Positions 31,856 through 42,038 are shown, numbered from the stretch's first letter. The stretch is DNA of 42,038 nucleotides from Chrysochromulina tobinii (GCA_001275005.1 JWZX01002188.1:1-42038), one strand, 5' to 3'. A program made the numbers and translations. The notes: generated from the letters alone by a model not told the origin.

Positions 31856-34800
31856 ATGCCTCGCGTTCCGTCCAAGCAGCCGAGGCTTCTCTCCCACGAC
31901 GTCGATGCCGGCACGGCGGCCTTCTGCAGCACGTGCGCGCGGCTCTTCCGCTACTTCCCGGGCACCGATGACGATCCGGCCAGCGGCAAGCCGCGATGCA
32001 GTGACTGCACGGGCCAGGCGCAGTTCCGTGAGTCCCTGGAGCTGGTCGGCGACCGCAGCCAGCAGCCGCAGCGGCGCGGGAGCACGCTGAGCAAGATGGT
32101 GGCCTTGCACAATGATCCGCCCGCTCCGAGAGACCAAGTCGCGCGTCCGTCCGACTCCTTGGTGTCGCCCGATGATGCAGCGACCAGTGCATTGCACCAA
32201 ATCGTGGATTCCTTGCGAGCTCAGAATCGCGAGCTCACGCGGCGGCTGAGCACGATGGTCGCCAACGGCACAAGGGCCGTGGACGATCCCGTCGATGCAG
32301 CGGCCACCTCTTCGGACAGCGCTCATGGCAGCGGCGGCGGCGGCGGCGGCAAGAGTGGCCGCCGGTTCGACTCGGCTGCTGACGAGCTCGAGGCCCTGAA
32401 AGTGACGCTGGGGGCGTTCATCCCGGCGCCGAAGCTAGCAACATCGCGATATGCGCCGCTATACGAGCGGCTCAACTCGCTCAGTGTCGTGTGGCGTGAG
32501 CACCAGGTGCGGCTGGCGGCGATGCACGCAGCACTATTGGGCTCTGAGGCGACCTGTGCGACGCTGCGAGAGGAGCTTGTGATCGTGGAGAACTCCCAAG
32601 CGACGCTGGGGCAGTTGGTGAAGAGCCAGAGCGCCGAGCTTGAGGAGGTGCGCCGTCGTGAGCACCTCGCCGAGGAGAGCCTCGCCGAGCACGGGAGGGC
32701 GGAGGCCTTTGCCCACGTGTCGCGAGACGAGGCGGACTCGTTGCTGCGGGGTCGGCAGCAGGCGGAAGCTCAGCTGCGCCAGCAGGTGACCGCACTGCAT
32801 CGGTCGCTCGAGGATGCGCACGCATCGCTCGAGTCCTTCGTGACGCAGCAGCAGGGGCGCCGTGCGCGCGAACTCCAGAGCCGCCAGAAGCAACTTGCAG
32901 CTTGGGATGGCCAGCTACAGAAGCTTCTGAAGCTTCTGGAGCTCACAGTGCGAAGCGGTGGCGCCAAGGGGCAGGCAGCGCGCGCCGCCCTTGCGGTCAG
33001 TGACGACACAGCGAGCGCGAGCGCGTCCGGCCGCCTTAGCGTCCTCTCATCGCTCTGGCCTGAGCGCTCCGACAAACCAGCGCCCGGCGACGACCGACGA
33101 GGCGATGGCGAGGCCGCGGCGGAGGCGTTCAACACTGGCGCTGCGACTCTCCGAGGTTTGGTCGAGAGCTTGTCCAAGTTTCTACGGGACGCGATGGAGG
33201 AGCACGCGAGCGCGATAAAGGCGATGGGGGCGAGTAGCCGCGACTTTGTTGCGCTCGACCGGGCCTCATATGAGCGCCAGATCGAACTTCTCTCGACCCA
33301 GCTGAACGAGCTGCAGGCCGTTCGTTTCAGATTGAGCTCCCACCTCGAGATGGCGATAGGCGAGCGGATGGAGGCGCAGCTGGAGCTGCTCAAGAAGCAG
33401 CGCGACGAAGCGTTCAAGGCGCGCGAGCTTGCGGTCGACAGCCTGCGCCAGCACGTCGTGCGGGAAGGGCAGATGATCGTGGCGCTGCGATCGGGATTTG
33501 CACACGCGGCCGACGAGTTGAGGCTCGCCTTTCAACGGATCCCGCTCACGGACGAGTCGCTCGCAGCGAACCGTACGGAACACGAGCGGCTGCACTGGGT
33601 GGCGGACGTCTCTCGACGGCGCATGATCGACGGCGCTCTTGATCGTTGGAGGCTTCGCTTCCTACGTGCGCATTGGGTCGGATGGCGCGGGTTGGTGCTT
33701 CAGGCAAAGGTCCATTCCCTGGCCGAGGATGCGCACGCGTACAAGGTGCGCTCGTGACGGCGCTCGACGAGGTCGGAGCTCAAGGCTCTGATGGCCTCAC
33801 CGATTGCCTCTGATGGCCTCATCGGTTGCCTGTGATGGCCTCACCGGTTGCCTGTGATGGCCCCTCTGATTGTGTCCGATTGCGCCCCTCATCAGGTACG
33901 CTCGTCGAGGGAGAAGCGCGACGCGATTCATGAGGCAGAGGCGGCGCTGCGGCGCGCGCGAGCCGAGGCGCGTGCCGCGGAGGAGCGTTGCGTCACCTTC
34001 GAAGCGCGCCTGAGAGAGGCGGAGCGCGCACGTATTAAGGGCGCGGACGAGGCGGCGGCGCGTGAGGCGCGAGCGACCATCGAGATCCGTGAGCTCGAGC
34101 GGCGCGCCGTGTTGGCGGAGGCGAGGGCGCGCGAGGCGGCGAGTGACGCGGCGATGGCGCAAACAGCCCTCGAGCAGGCGAAGACGATGGAGGAGCTCTG
34201 GTTCGAACAACGCGAGGCGTTGCTCAATGAGGTCGAGGCACACCGTAAGGGCGAGGAGCTCGCGGCCGACAGCGAGACGGCACGCAAGGGGCTGTGGAAG
34301 GCGCGTGCTGAGGAGCTGAGCCGGGAGCTCGCAATCAAAGCGTCGGAGGCCCACGCGCATCAGAAGCGCGCTCAAGCCCTCCAGATGCAGTTGCAGCGTG
34401 CGGCGGACGAGGCGGCCGCGCTGGAGGCCTTGCATCAACAGAAGGAGCGTGAGAGGCTCGTTGAAGAGAGGCCCCCGCCCAAGCCTCCCTCCTCGACGGT
34501 GGTTATGACGCCGCTAGGACTTGTCACGGTCCCCGCGCCCGCCGCCCGCGCAGTCGTCGCCGGCGCCGCGTTCCCATCGCCGCAGAGCGCGGGCGTCGAC
34601 TCGCCAGCCAGCGCCGCCGGCGGCGAGGGCGGTTTTGCAGGCTTTGCGCGCGCGAGCACCGCGCAGGGCTTTGGCGTCGGGTGGCTGCTCGAGCCCCACG
34701 CGCGTCAGGCTAAGCTTGAGGCTCAAACGGAGCACTTTCGCTCCCTCTTGGTGCGCGAGCGGCTGGGGCGCATGCGCCTTCGTCGGCTTCACGCCATCTG

Positions 34801-35029
34801 GCGCGCATGGGGGAGTCTTGTCCAGACGACGCGCCGGCGCCGCGGGAAGCGGCTCGCGACTCTCAAGCTCGTGGCGGACGTGGCCGACGCTGCCGCGGCG
34901 GCAAGTGGCAAGGCCGTTCAGGATTCGCGGGGAATGGTGGCGCCGGGACGTCGGCGGGCGCAAGAAGAAGACAGCCCGCTCGCCGCTCAAGTTGCAGGCA
35001 ATGGTCTAGCGTACCGTACAGTATTTTAG
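31856..35029 (+). CDS. Large coiled-coil protein; exons 31856-33745 and 33896-35029
   Basis: N-terminal CxxC..CxxC, long heptad regions; ORFs 31856 and 33848 join in frame after intron removal. Confidence 0.75.
33746..33895 (+). other. Spliceosomal intron (GT-AG, phase 0), 150 nt
   Basis: aag|GTGCGC...GATTGCGCCCCTCATCAG|gtacgc; contains an in-frame stop and tgatggcctc repeats. Confidence 0.88.
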
Positions 35030-35376
35030 TCGTCCTCTACCCAAATTACACAAGGTTTGTATAGTTACGTCATGTATACGCAGCTGTGCCAGCGCGCCGA
35101 GGCCGCGGCCGGGCAGTGGGATGCCCGGCGGCATGGCGCGGCGGCATGGGCGGCGGCATGGGCGGCGGTATGCCCGGCCAGATGGGCGGCATGGGCGGCG
35201 GCATGGGCAGCGGCATGGGCGGCGGCATGCCCGGCCAGATGGGTGGGATGCCGACAGTAAATCGAACACCTGGATTCCGATGTAATTGTAAACATTCGTT
35301 GACGCCGCCTTTGGCAGCGCTGTCTTCGGCTGCGGCCTGCGCGCGCCGCCCAGAGGCGGCGCAGAGCGGCGCCATT

Positions 35377-36111
35377 TTACTCAGCTTGCGACACGTCCAT
35401 GGCCTCCCAGTCGCCGTAGCTCCTCCCTGACTGCTGTAGAGTGCCCAGCGAGGGCACTCGGGGCACTCTCTCGCCCGAGACCCTCTTGCGCCGCTGCTCC
35501 TCCCTGACTGTTGCCCTGACTGCTGTAGAGTGTCCAGCGAGGGCCGAGTGCCCCTCTTGCCCGAGACCCTCTTGCGCCGCCAGCAGCCGCCGGCGGTCAC
35601 TGAACCAGTCCTCGATCTGCTGCGGCGAGACGCCCATCTTGACCGCGAGCAGCTGGCACGCCGCATGCGACGGAAGCGGCACCTGCTCGAGGAAAGCCTC
35701 GAGCTTTTTTCGCTGCTCGGGCGTCACACACCAGCGCGGCGAGGCTAGTGGGGCGCGCTGCTCATGTGGGTTGCTTGGGGAGCCGTTCACACTCTGCTGA
35801 TTGGAAGCCTCCTCTTCCACCTCACCGTTGTCCTCTCCCACCCCACCGTTGTCCTCTTCCACCCCATTGTCGTCCTCGAGCTTCGTCGTCGCATGCGACC
35901 AGCGCGAGCTATCCGACTCGAAAGACTGTCTTTCCTCGAGCTTCGATTTCGCGTCGGTCACGTCCAAGTCGAGGCCGCCTACATGCGCCTGCATGGCCGG
36001 CGGGACGGGGGAGGGGTCAGTCGACTGGGGCTCCTGGTCGCCTGGCTGCGTCCCGTCCGAGCCGGGCGTGGCAAACGGCAACGGCGTCACCAGCGCTCGT
36101 CTCGTGCCCAT
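35377..36111 (-). CDS. Homeodomain-containing protein (3' end uncertain)
   Basis: PRWCVTPEQRKKLEAFLEQVPLPSHAACQLLAVKMGVSPQQIEDWFSDRRR fits the homeodomain consensus (T..Q...LE..F...P......LA...G....QI..WF..RR). Confidence 0.75.
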   Translation of the reverse strand: MGTRRALVTPLPFATPGSDGTQPGDQEPQSTDPSPVPPAMQAHVGGLDLDVTDAKSKLEERQSFESDSSRWSHATTKLEDDNGVEEDNGGVGEDNGEVEEEASNQQSVNGSPSNPHEQRAPLASPRWCVTPEQRKKLEAFLEQVPLPSHAACQLLAVKMGVSPQQIEDWFSDRRRLLAAQEGLGQEGHSALAGHSTAVRATVREEQRRKRVSGERVPRVPSLGTLQQSGRSYGDWEAMDVSQAE

Positions 36112-36350
36112 TGCCCGCGATCCTGGAGATTGAATGATGTGAAGCTGAACAAAATTCTCGCAAAGTTTAAAGGCCAGTTTCATGACCCATTTTGGAGTTT
36201 GAGCTTATGTAATGAAATCTTTAATAGCCGATAAAAAACCGATCATCGCAAATCGGAGGTAACGTCCCTAACCTCTTGAATAGTGGCAAACCGTTAGCCC
36301 TACGCACAGCCACGTTACTCCGTGAGACTCACACATCCTGAGATGGCCGA

Positions 36351-38641
36351 TTATACATTATTCACTGCGTCGAGCTGCCAGACGTTGATAGCAGACGTCG
36401 GCAATGTCGCGTCATTGCCGAGGAGAGCGACCTCCTTGGCCCGATCGGAGGCGGGCGCCACGTACACGACGAAGGCAGTCGCATTGTTCACGATCAGCTC
36501 GAGGATCGAATGATCGAGGATCGCGTGGATGCGCCAGCCGTCCTCGGCACCCTCACCGCACGTGGCAGCCGTGCACTGGGGCGGCAGCGGCCCCGCACGC
36601 ACGAGAGTGTTGCCCTGGAGCGTCGCGTTCACTGCCACTAGACCAACGGAGGGCAGCAGCTTGATGGTCGTCGCATTGACGCCGTCGCCAAACACGCTTA
36701 TCCCGCACGCGTCAGTGGGGCCCGCGGCGTCGGCACATGAAGCTGGTAGTGTCGCGTACACCTCTGCACGCATGCCCGCGTCCGCCGGAGCGACGGCGGT
36801 CAATCGCGCCGTCGTGAGCTCGGGTACAAACCGTTGGAGCAGCGATCGGTCGGGGGCGAGCGCGAGATCACGTGAGATCGATTGGGCCGACCCGAGGTTT
36901 GCGAGGAAGGGCATGTCGGAGGGGGCGGGCCCCGTCCACCCGATGAGCACGCGCCGTCCCGGCACCGTCACCTGATCCACCTGCTCGCTCCCGAGCGTGC
37001 GAGCCATGCTGAAGCCGCGGCTTGCCTTGCCCGAGAGCAAATCGAGGCGCGGCGGGACTGCCAGCCGGGCAGCCGGGGCACTGAGACGGGCAGCCGGGGC
37101 GCCGAGACGGGCAGCCGGGGCGGCGGCTGCGGCCGCGTCCCTTGCTTCCACATCCCGCAGAAGACGGGGGAAGGCAGCGGTGGTGGTGGTGGCCCAGCCG
37201 AGACGCACCTTGAAGCCGCCCGCCTTGTTATCGACCGGTATCTGGATGTTCCGCTGGTTGTTTGAGATCTGGATGGCGAGGCGCACGAGCTCATCGTTGG
37301 GTACGCTCAGCCCGGTCACGTTGATGTGCAACGGCGGGCTGTACTGCGTGAAATTATCAAAGGAGTAGTTGCACAGGGGGGGCGAGCGGTACAGAGTGGC
37401 CAGCACGCCGCCGCTCGCGTCGATGAGGACGACGGTGGCGGTGGATGCTCCTCCCGGGCACGGAGCGGAGCCACAGTAGCCTGCGATGTAGCGGAAGCTG
37501 AGAGCAACGCGCTCGATGACGTGACCAGGCGCGAGCACACCGCCGCCGACGAGGACCGTGCCACTCCCCCCCGGGCCGCCTGAGCGCACGTTCGAGCCGC
37601 TCGTCGCGTCATCCGCGGGTCCATGGCTGCTCTCAGCCTGGCCTGAAAGGATCAGGTCCCCGAGAGTGGAGGAGGGCAGCTCGACTTCGCCGCTCGGGTC
37701 ATACGGGAGCGGCAGCGGGCGCAGCGAGAATGCGCCCCAGTCGACCATCTGTTGTCCAGGCATCACAAGACGCATGGGCTGCCCAGGCGGCTGTTCTATC
37801 ACAAAGTATGAGGTGGTGCCGCTGCAGCAGCCGTCGCCACCGCCATTCCCGCCCACGTTGTTAAGGAACAGGCGCGTGCCCGTGCCGCCCGCCGCTTCGG
37901 GATACGGATCCCCCGGGAGTGAGCCCAGGTAGTCGATGGTCACAAACTCTTTTGAGAGGAAGCCGTCGCTTAGCACGGTCGCGTTCGTCTCGAAGACGTT
38001 GCCGACGTACGTCCAAATGGCCGCCTCGCCTCGCAGCGCGGGCGAGCTCCACATGCCGAGTATGCCGCCCGCATGGCATGGGAGGGCGCGCGTCGTCGAG
38101 TTGCACCCATCCATCGACAGAAGCACGTACCAGTTCCCGTCGTCGGCCTCGCGCCACGGGCGCGCGGGATCGTACGGAATCGCGCGCCAAAACGATACGT
38201 TGAAGAGGTACTCGGGAGCCGCATCGTTCCATTTATTCAGATCGTCGTCGAGGGCACACCGAAGCTCCAAGGGCACGTCCCAAGGCGCGCCGCCGGCCAC
38301 GCCCTTTTCGAGCTGCTGCACTGCCGAAAGCCAGCGCACACGGCACCCGTCGCAGGATCCCTGGCGATGAAGCCGCTGCACGGGTCGCTCTGGCTGTCCA
38401 TGCCGGCGTACGTCTCATGCACCGCGTTCGGGCCGTGGGGAGCCGTCTGCCAGCGGACCAGGTCAGAAGAGATGGCGTGGTTCCAACCGGTACCTTGAAA
38501 CACGTGATGCACTCCGTAGTATGTGATGCAACCCGCAATGTCGTGCCAGCCCCCACGATCGCTCACGACCGTAGGCGTGAAGTGCACCTTGGGATGCAGA
38601 TAGTCAGCGCCTGGGTACGCCAACAACGCAGGGACAAGCAT
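36351..38641 (-). CDS. Glycoside hydrolase family 32-like protein (beta-fructofuranosidase fold); apparent frameshift at ~38305-38308
   Basis: HPKVHFTP..GWHDIAG (NDPNG-like), HVFQ..WNHAISSDLVRW, CSGF, YDP (RDP-like), RRVLIGW, AQSISRDL, LLQRFVPEL, C-terminal ILDHSILELIVN. Confidence 0.8.
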
Positions 38642-38916
38642 TAGATTTATCGTCGGTGATGAGGTGCTCGTGCATGTGGCGCTCGCTTGGACGCGGTATG
38701 CCGGCTGACGAAACTTGGCGTGCGCTACAGGAACATCCCAGGAATGGAACAGAAATACCCCGATCCTTGTCATGTGGTGGTTGCATCGGAAATTTCCATG
38801 CATTTTCTCATCCGCGACGTTCTTCCCGAGTTTCATAAAGGGCGCTCTATCGGGACGTCCTCGCCTACGCCCCCGGTGGCGCTCGTCGAGGAGCTCGCGG
38901 GCCGTGTGCTACGTCC

Positions 38917-41013
38917 ATGCCCAAGGTTGGCAGCAGGGATTCGAAAATGAAGCAGACGAAGCAACCCGTGTCGTACGGCAACGACGACGACGCCGAGGAT
39001 CACGACGATTATAACGACGATGTGCACGACGCTAGCCTCGCCTTTGAGGGCGGCGAGGACAACTACGATGACGACGATGACGGCGGCGCCGGCGCGGGTG
39101 GCAACGGCGGTCCGCGCAAATCCAAGTCCAAGGGCGCCATTCGTTCCGTGGGACGCAGCATCGGCACAGCAGCAGCAGCAGCAGCAGCATCCGCCGCAGT
39201 CAGCGCCAGCCAAGCGCAAGCCGCCTGTGCCGCCGCCGCCGCCACATCAGCAGCAGCAGCCACCGCAGCAGCCTCTGCTGCCGCCGCAGCCGCGCGTAGC
39301 CCAACGTCTGTGATCTTAGGCCGAGCTCCCGCGCGTCAAGCCAACAAGGAGCTGCAGGACCCAGCTGGCAGGAGCGCGGCAGCCACGGAGACACAGCCCC
39401 GACCAGCGGCAGCTGACATGGTGCCACGGGGCTCAGCGGCAGAGGCCAAGCAGCACCTCAGCCCCATCGGCGCGGCGGATGCCCGCGGCGTTTGTGCTCG
39501 AGTGTGGAGCGAGGCTGGGACTCTCTCGCTGCTCGCCTATCCACAGACCATCTCAGGCCTGACGAACTTTGTACCACGGCTCCTGGCTCTCGTGGCCGTA
39601 GGTCATCTGGAGAATGGGGCGGTGCTCATCGGGGCAGCCGGCATTGGCGGCATGTACTCCAACTTTGCGCATCTGATGATGATCAAAGCGACGGCCTACG
39701 GGGCGACTCCACTCTTCTCGCAGGCGTTCGGTGCGGGCAATCATCGGCGCTTGGGCCTGGTCCTCATGCGCGTGCTCCTCCTGCATGCTCTCATGTCCGT
39801 GTGCCTCTCCTTACCGCTCACCTACCTTGCGGGGCCTCTGCTCGCCACGGCGGGCCTGCCGGAGGCTGTGGCCGCGCACGTGCAGACCTTTGTATGGATT
39901 CGGCTCGTGGGCGCGCCGGGCATGTTCGTCGCGAACGACGTGCAGGCTTTCCTGAACGCACAGCGCTGCGTGCGCCTGCCGATGCTCGTCAACTTGGTAG
40001 GGAGCCTCTTCCAAGCTGTGCTCCTCTTTCCTCTGACCGCGGCGATCGGCTTCGTCGGCGCGCCGTGGGCGATGACCATGGTCGAGCTCTTGCAAGGGGG
40101 GCTCCTCTGCGCTGCCTCGCCATGGCTGCTGGGCCGCCAACGGCTGCGTTCGTGGCCCGCCTGGTGGCGCGAGCGCCGCGAGGCGTGCCGAGGTTGGGCC
40201 GAGATTGTGAACAAGGGAGCCCCCGCGGCCGTGATGGTCGTGAGTGAATGGTTCGGTTGGGAGTGTACGCTGTTCGTGGCGAGCGGGCTGTGCCCGCGCA
40301 CCACCGACAGCTGCCCCGCCGTCGACGCGATCCCAATCTGCACCACCGTCTTTGTGTGCCAATTCATCATTGCGTTCGGCGTGTGCCTTGCGATGGGGAA
40401 TCGGGTGGGCAATCTGCTCGGCGAGGGGCGTCCCGCCGACGCACGCTTCTGCGCGAGGACTGCGTGGGGCATGGCCGCCGGCGTGCAGCTTGTGAGCGCG
40501 ACCCTCATCCTCAGCTTTCGCAGGCCGATCGCGTCGTTCTTCGTCGAGGACGGCGAAGTGCTCGCGCATGTGAGTGAGCTCATGCCGATCACCACCGCGT
40601 ACTCCATGCTCGCGACGATGGCCTCGGGACTCAGTCATCAGCTGCAATTCGGCCTCGGCGCCAATCTGCAGGTTCCCGCGGCGATCAACTTCACGTGCTT
40701 CTTCGGCATCGGCGTGCCGCTCGGCGCCGTCCTCGCCTACCAGGCAGGGCTAGGGGTGCGAGGGCTGTGGGCCGGTCTCATCCTCGCGATGCTGCTCATC
40801 ATCATCGGCCAGTATGTGCACCTCTATCGCACGGTGGACTGGCAGGCGGCGTCGCAACGGGCGCGCGAGCGGGCCGCGAAGGATGCGACCGGCGCCGACG
40901 AGAACGAGGGCCGTGGGCTCGCGGCGGCAGATGCTGCTCTGCCTACAGGTCTGCCTGCGGACTGGCGATCCACGAAGGAGAAGGCCGTCGAGCCGTTGGA
41001 TGATGTTTTGTAA
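38917..41013 (+). CDS. MATE family efflux transporter
   Basis: About 12 hydrophobic helices; VGHL, SQAFGAGN, SEWFGWE, RVGNLLGEGRP..AR, GIGVPLG, GVRGLWAGL. Start could also be 38947. Confidence 0.9.
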   Translation: MPKVGSRDSKMKQTKQPVSYGNDDDAEDHDDYNDDVHDASLAFEGGEDNYDDDDDGGAGAGGNGGPRKSKSKGAIRSVGRSIGTAAAAAAASAAVSASQAQAACAAAAATSAAAATAAASAAAAAARSPTSVILGRAPARQANKELQDPAGRSAAATETQPRPAAADMVPRGSAAEAKQHLSPIGAADARGVCARVWSEAGTLSLLAYPQTISGLTNFVPRLLALVAVGHLENGAVLIGAAGIGGMYSNFAHLMMIKATAYGATPLFSQAFGAGNHRRLGLVLMRVLLLHALMSVCLSLPLTYLAGPLLATAGLPEAVAAHVQTFVWIRLVGAPGMFVANDVQAFLNAQRCVRLPMLVNLVGSLFQAVLLFPLTAAIGFVGAPWAMTMVELLQGGLLCAASPWLLGRQRLRSWPAWWRERREACRGWAEIVNKGAPAAVMVVSEWFGWECTLFVASGLCPRTTDSCPAVDAIPICTTVFVCQFIIAFGVCLAMGNRVGNLLGEGRPADARFCARTAWGMAAGVQLVSATLILSFRRPIASFFVEDGEVLAHVSELMPITTAYSMLATMASGLSHQLQFGLGANLQVPAAINFTCFFGIGVPLGAVLAYQAGLGVRGLWAGLILAMLLIIIGQYVHLYRTVDWQAASQRARERAAKDATGADENEGRGLAAADAALPTGLPADWRSTKEKAVEPLDDVL

Positions 41014-41353
41014 TGGAGTTTATCTTGGCTCTTCGAGTTCCTTACGCCTGTAACAACAACAAAAAATGAAGCCGAGGTGTTAATTGGGTTCTCCGACGAT
41101 TTGTGGAGGCTCCTGCGAAACTTAGATAAAAATATCCGATGCCGAAGCCCGCAGCGTAAGATCTAACATTGCCCCGAAAAGGCAAGAGGTTGCAGACAAA
41201 AAGAGACATAAAAACCTCATCCTTCATACGGACGTGTCACACAGAAAATCGGCGGCGCATCGCTCGCTCGCGCGCGCCTTTCGGGACTGCGTTCGTCGGT
41301 GTGGGGTACGACGAGCCTTGCCGATTCATCACCCCTCGAGCACACCAAGACTA

Positions 41354-42038
41354 ATGCAGTCGGCCGAGGAACCTAAAGCAGCACGCCCGCTGCCGACATC
41401 CATACAAGCTGAGGGTGAGGCATTGCTCACAGAGGCGCGAAGACCCAGGACCAAGACCTCGGATAGTAGCAGCCCATGGCCGAGCGGGGCCATGCTGGGC
41501 ACAAGCCGGCCGCTGCTGACGCCGTTGCCATTCTTCACGCCCCCCGGCTCGGACGGGACGCAGCCAGGCGACCGGGAGCCCCAGTCGACTGACCCCTCCC
41601 CGACCGGGAAGATCATGCCATGCTTGTCATACAGCCGCGGAGGAGGAGAGAAGCTGAGGTTTGCGGCTTCTGGGCATGGACCATCGCCCACATCGACCCT
41701 CGAGGCCATGAACAACCTCACATTGGGAGGTGCGAACTGGCAGCAATGTCCACCAGGATATGTGTTCCTGCCCTCCCCCGTCCCGCCGGCCATGCAATCG
41801 CTCGAGGCGCATGTAGGCGGCCTCGACTTGGACGTGACCGACGCGAAATCGAAGCTCGAGGAAAGACAGTCTTTCGAGTCGGATAGCTCGTGCTGGTCGC
41901 ATGCGACGACGAAGCTCGAGGACGACAATGGGGTGGAAGAGGACAACGGAGGGGTGGGAGAGGACAACGGTGAGGTGGAAGAGGAGGCTTCCAATCAGCA
42001 GAGTGTGAACGGCTCCCCAAGCAACCCACATGAGCAGC
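41354..42038 (+). CDS. 5' part of an inverted paralogue of the homeodomain gene at 35377-36111 (runs off the right edge)
   Basis: Frame open from ATG 41354 to the window end; encodes GSDGTQPGD.EPQSTDPSP and AHVGGLDLDVTDAKSKLEERQSFESDSS...NGSPSNPHEQ, near-identical to the minus-strand copy. Confidence 0.75.
   Translation, partial: MQSAEEPKAARPLPTSIQAEGEALLTEARRPRTKTSDSSSPWPSGAMLGTSRPLLTPLPFFTPPGSDGTQPGDREPQSTDPSPTGKIMPCLSYSRGGGEKLRFAASGHGPSPTSTLEAMNNLTLGGANWQQCPPGYVFLPSPVPPAMQSLEAHVGGLDLDVTDAKSKLEERQSFESDSSCWSHATTKLEDDNGVEEDNGGVGEDNGEVEEEASNQQSVNGSPSNPHEQ

Noticed and set aside
35086..35430. + strand GGM-rich ORF as an Hsp70 or chaperonin tail
   Set aside because: No chaperone domain upstream and it follows the stop of the preceding gene.
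36125..36300. ATGATG...CTGA as a C/D box snoRNA
   Set aside because: Boxes too close together, no terminal stem or identifiable guide; cannot be supported without a covariance search.

Overview
GC-rich eukaryotic genomic DNA, most likely from a haptophyte alga (inference from composition, protein families and intron style). About 15 protein-coding genes, mostly in tight head-to-head pairs. From left to right: a HET-like-domain protein that runs off the left edge and is missing from the ORF track; an aldehyde dehydrogenase; a ZnF-UBP ubiquitin protease; a GNAT acetyltransferase; a 5-exon p25-alpha/coiled-coil protein; a C-type lectin / multi-TM / TIR receptor; NOL9/Grc3 kinase; a Cys-repeat surface protein; coiled-coil proteins; a degenerate kinesin; two inverted paralogues (the complete one has a homeodomain) flanking a GH32 and a MATE transporter. 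Two things stand out. (1) A putative innate-immune receptor with signal peptide, lectin, about 7 TM and a TIR domain keeping the NADase glutamate, plus a nearby HET-like effector carrying a ubiquitin-like RLRGG motif. (2) All seven inferred introns are phase 0, straddled by variable-length direct repeats of the splice junction, and mostly filled with satellite or telomere-like repeats, suggesting intron gain by duplication plus filler. All calls come from reading motifs by eye; no searches were run.
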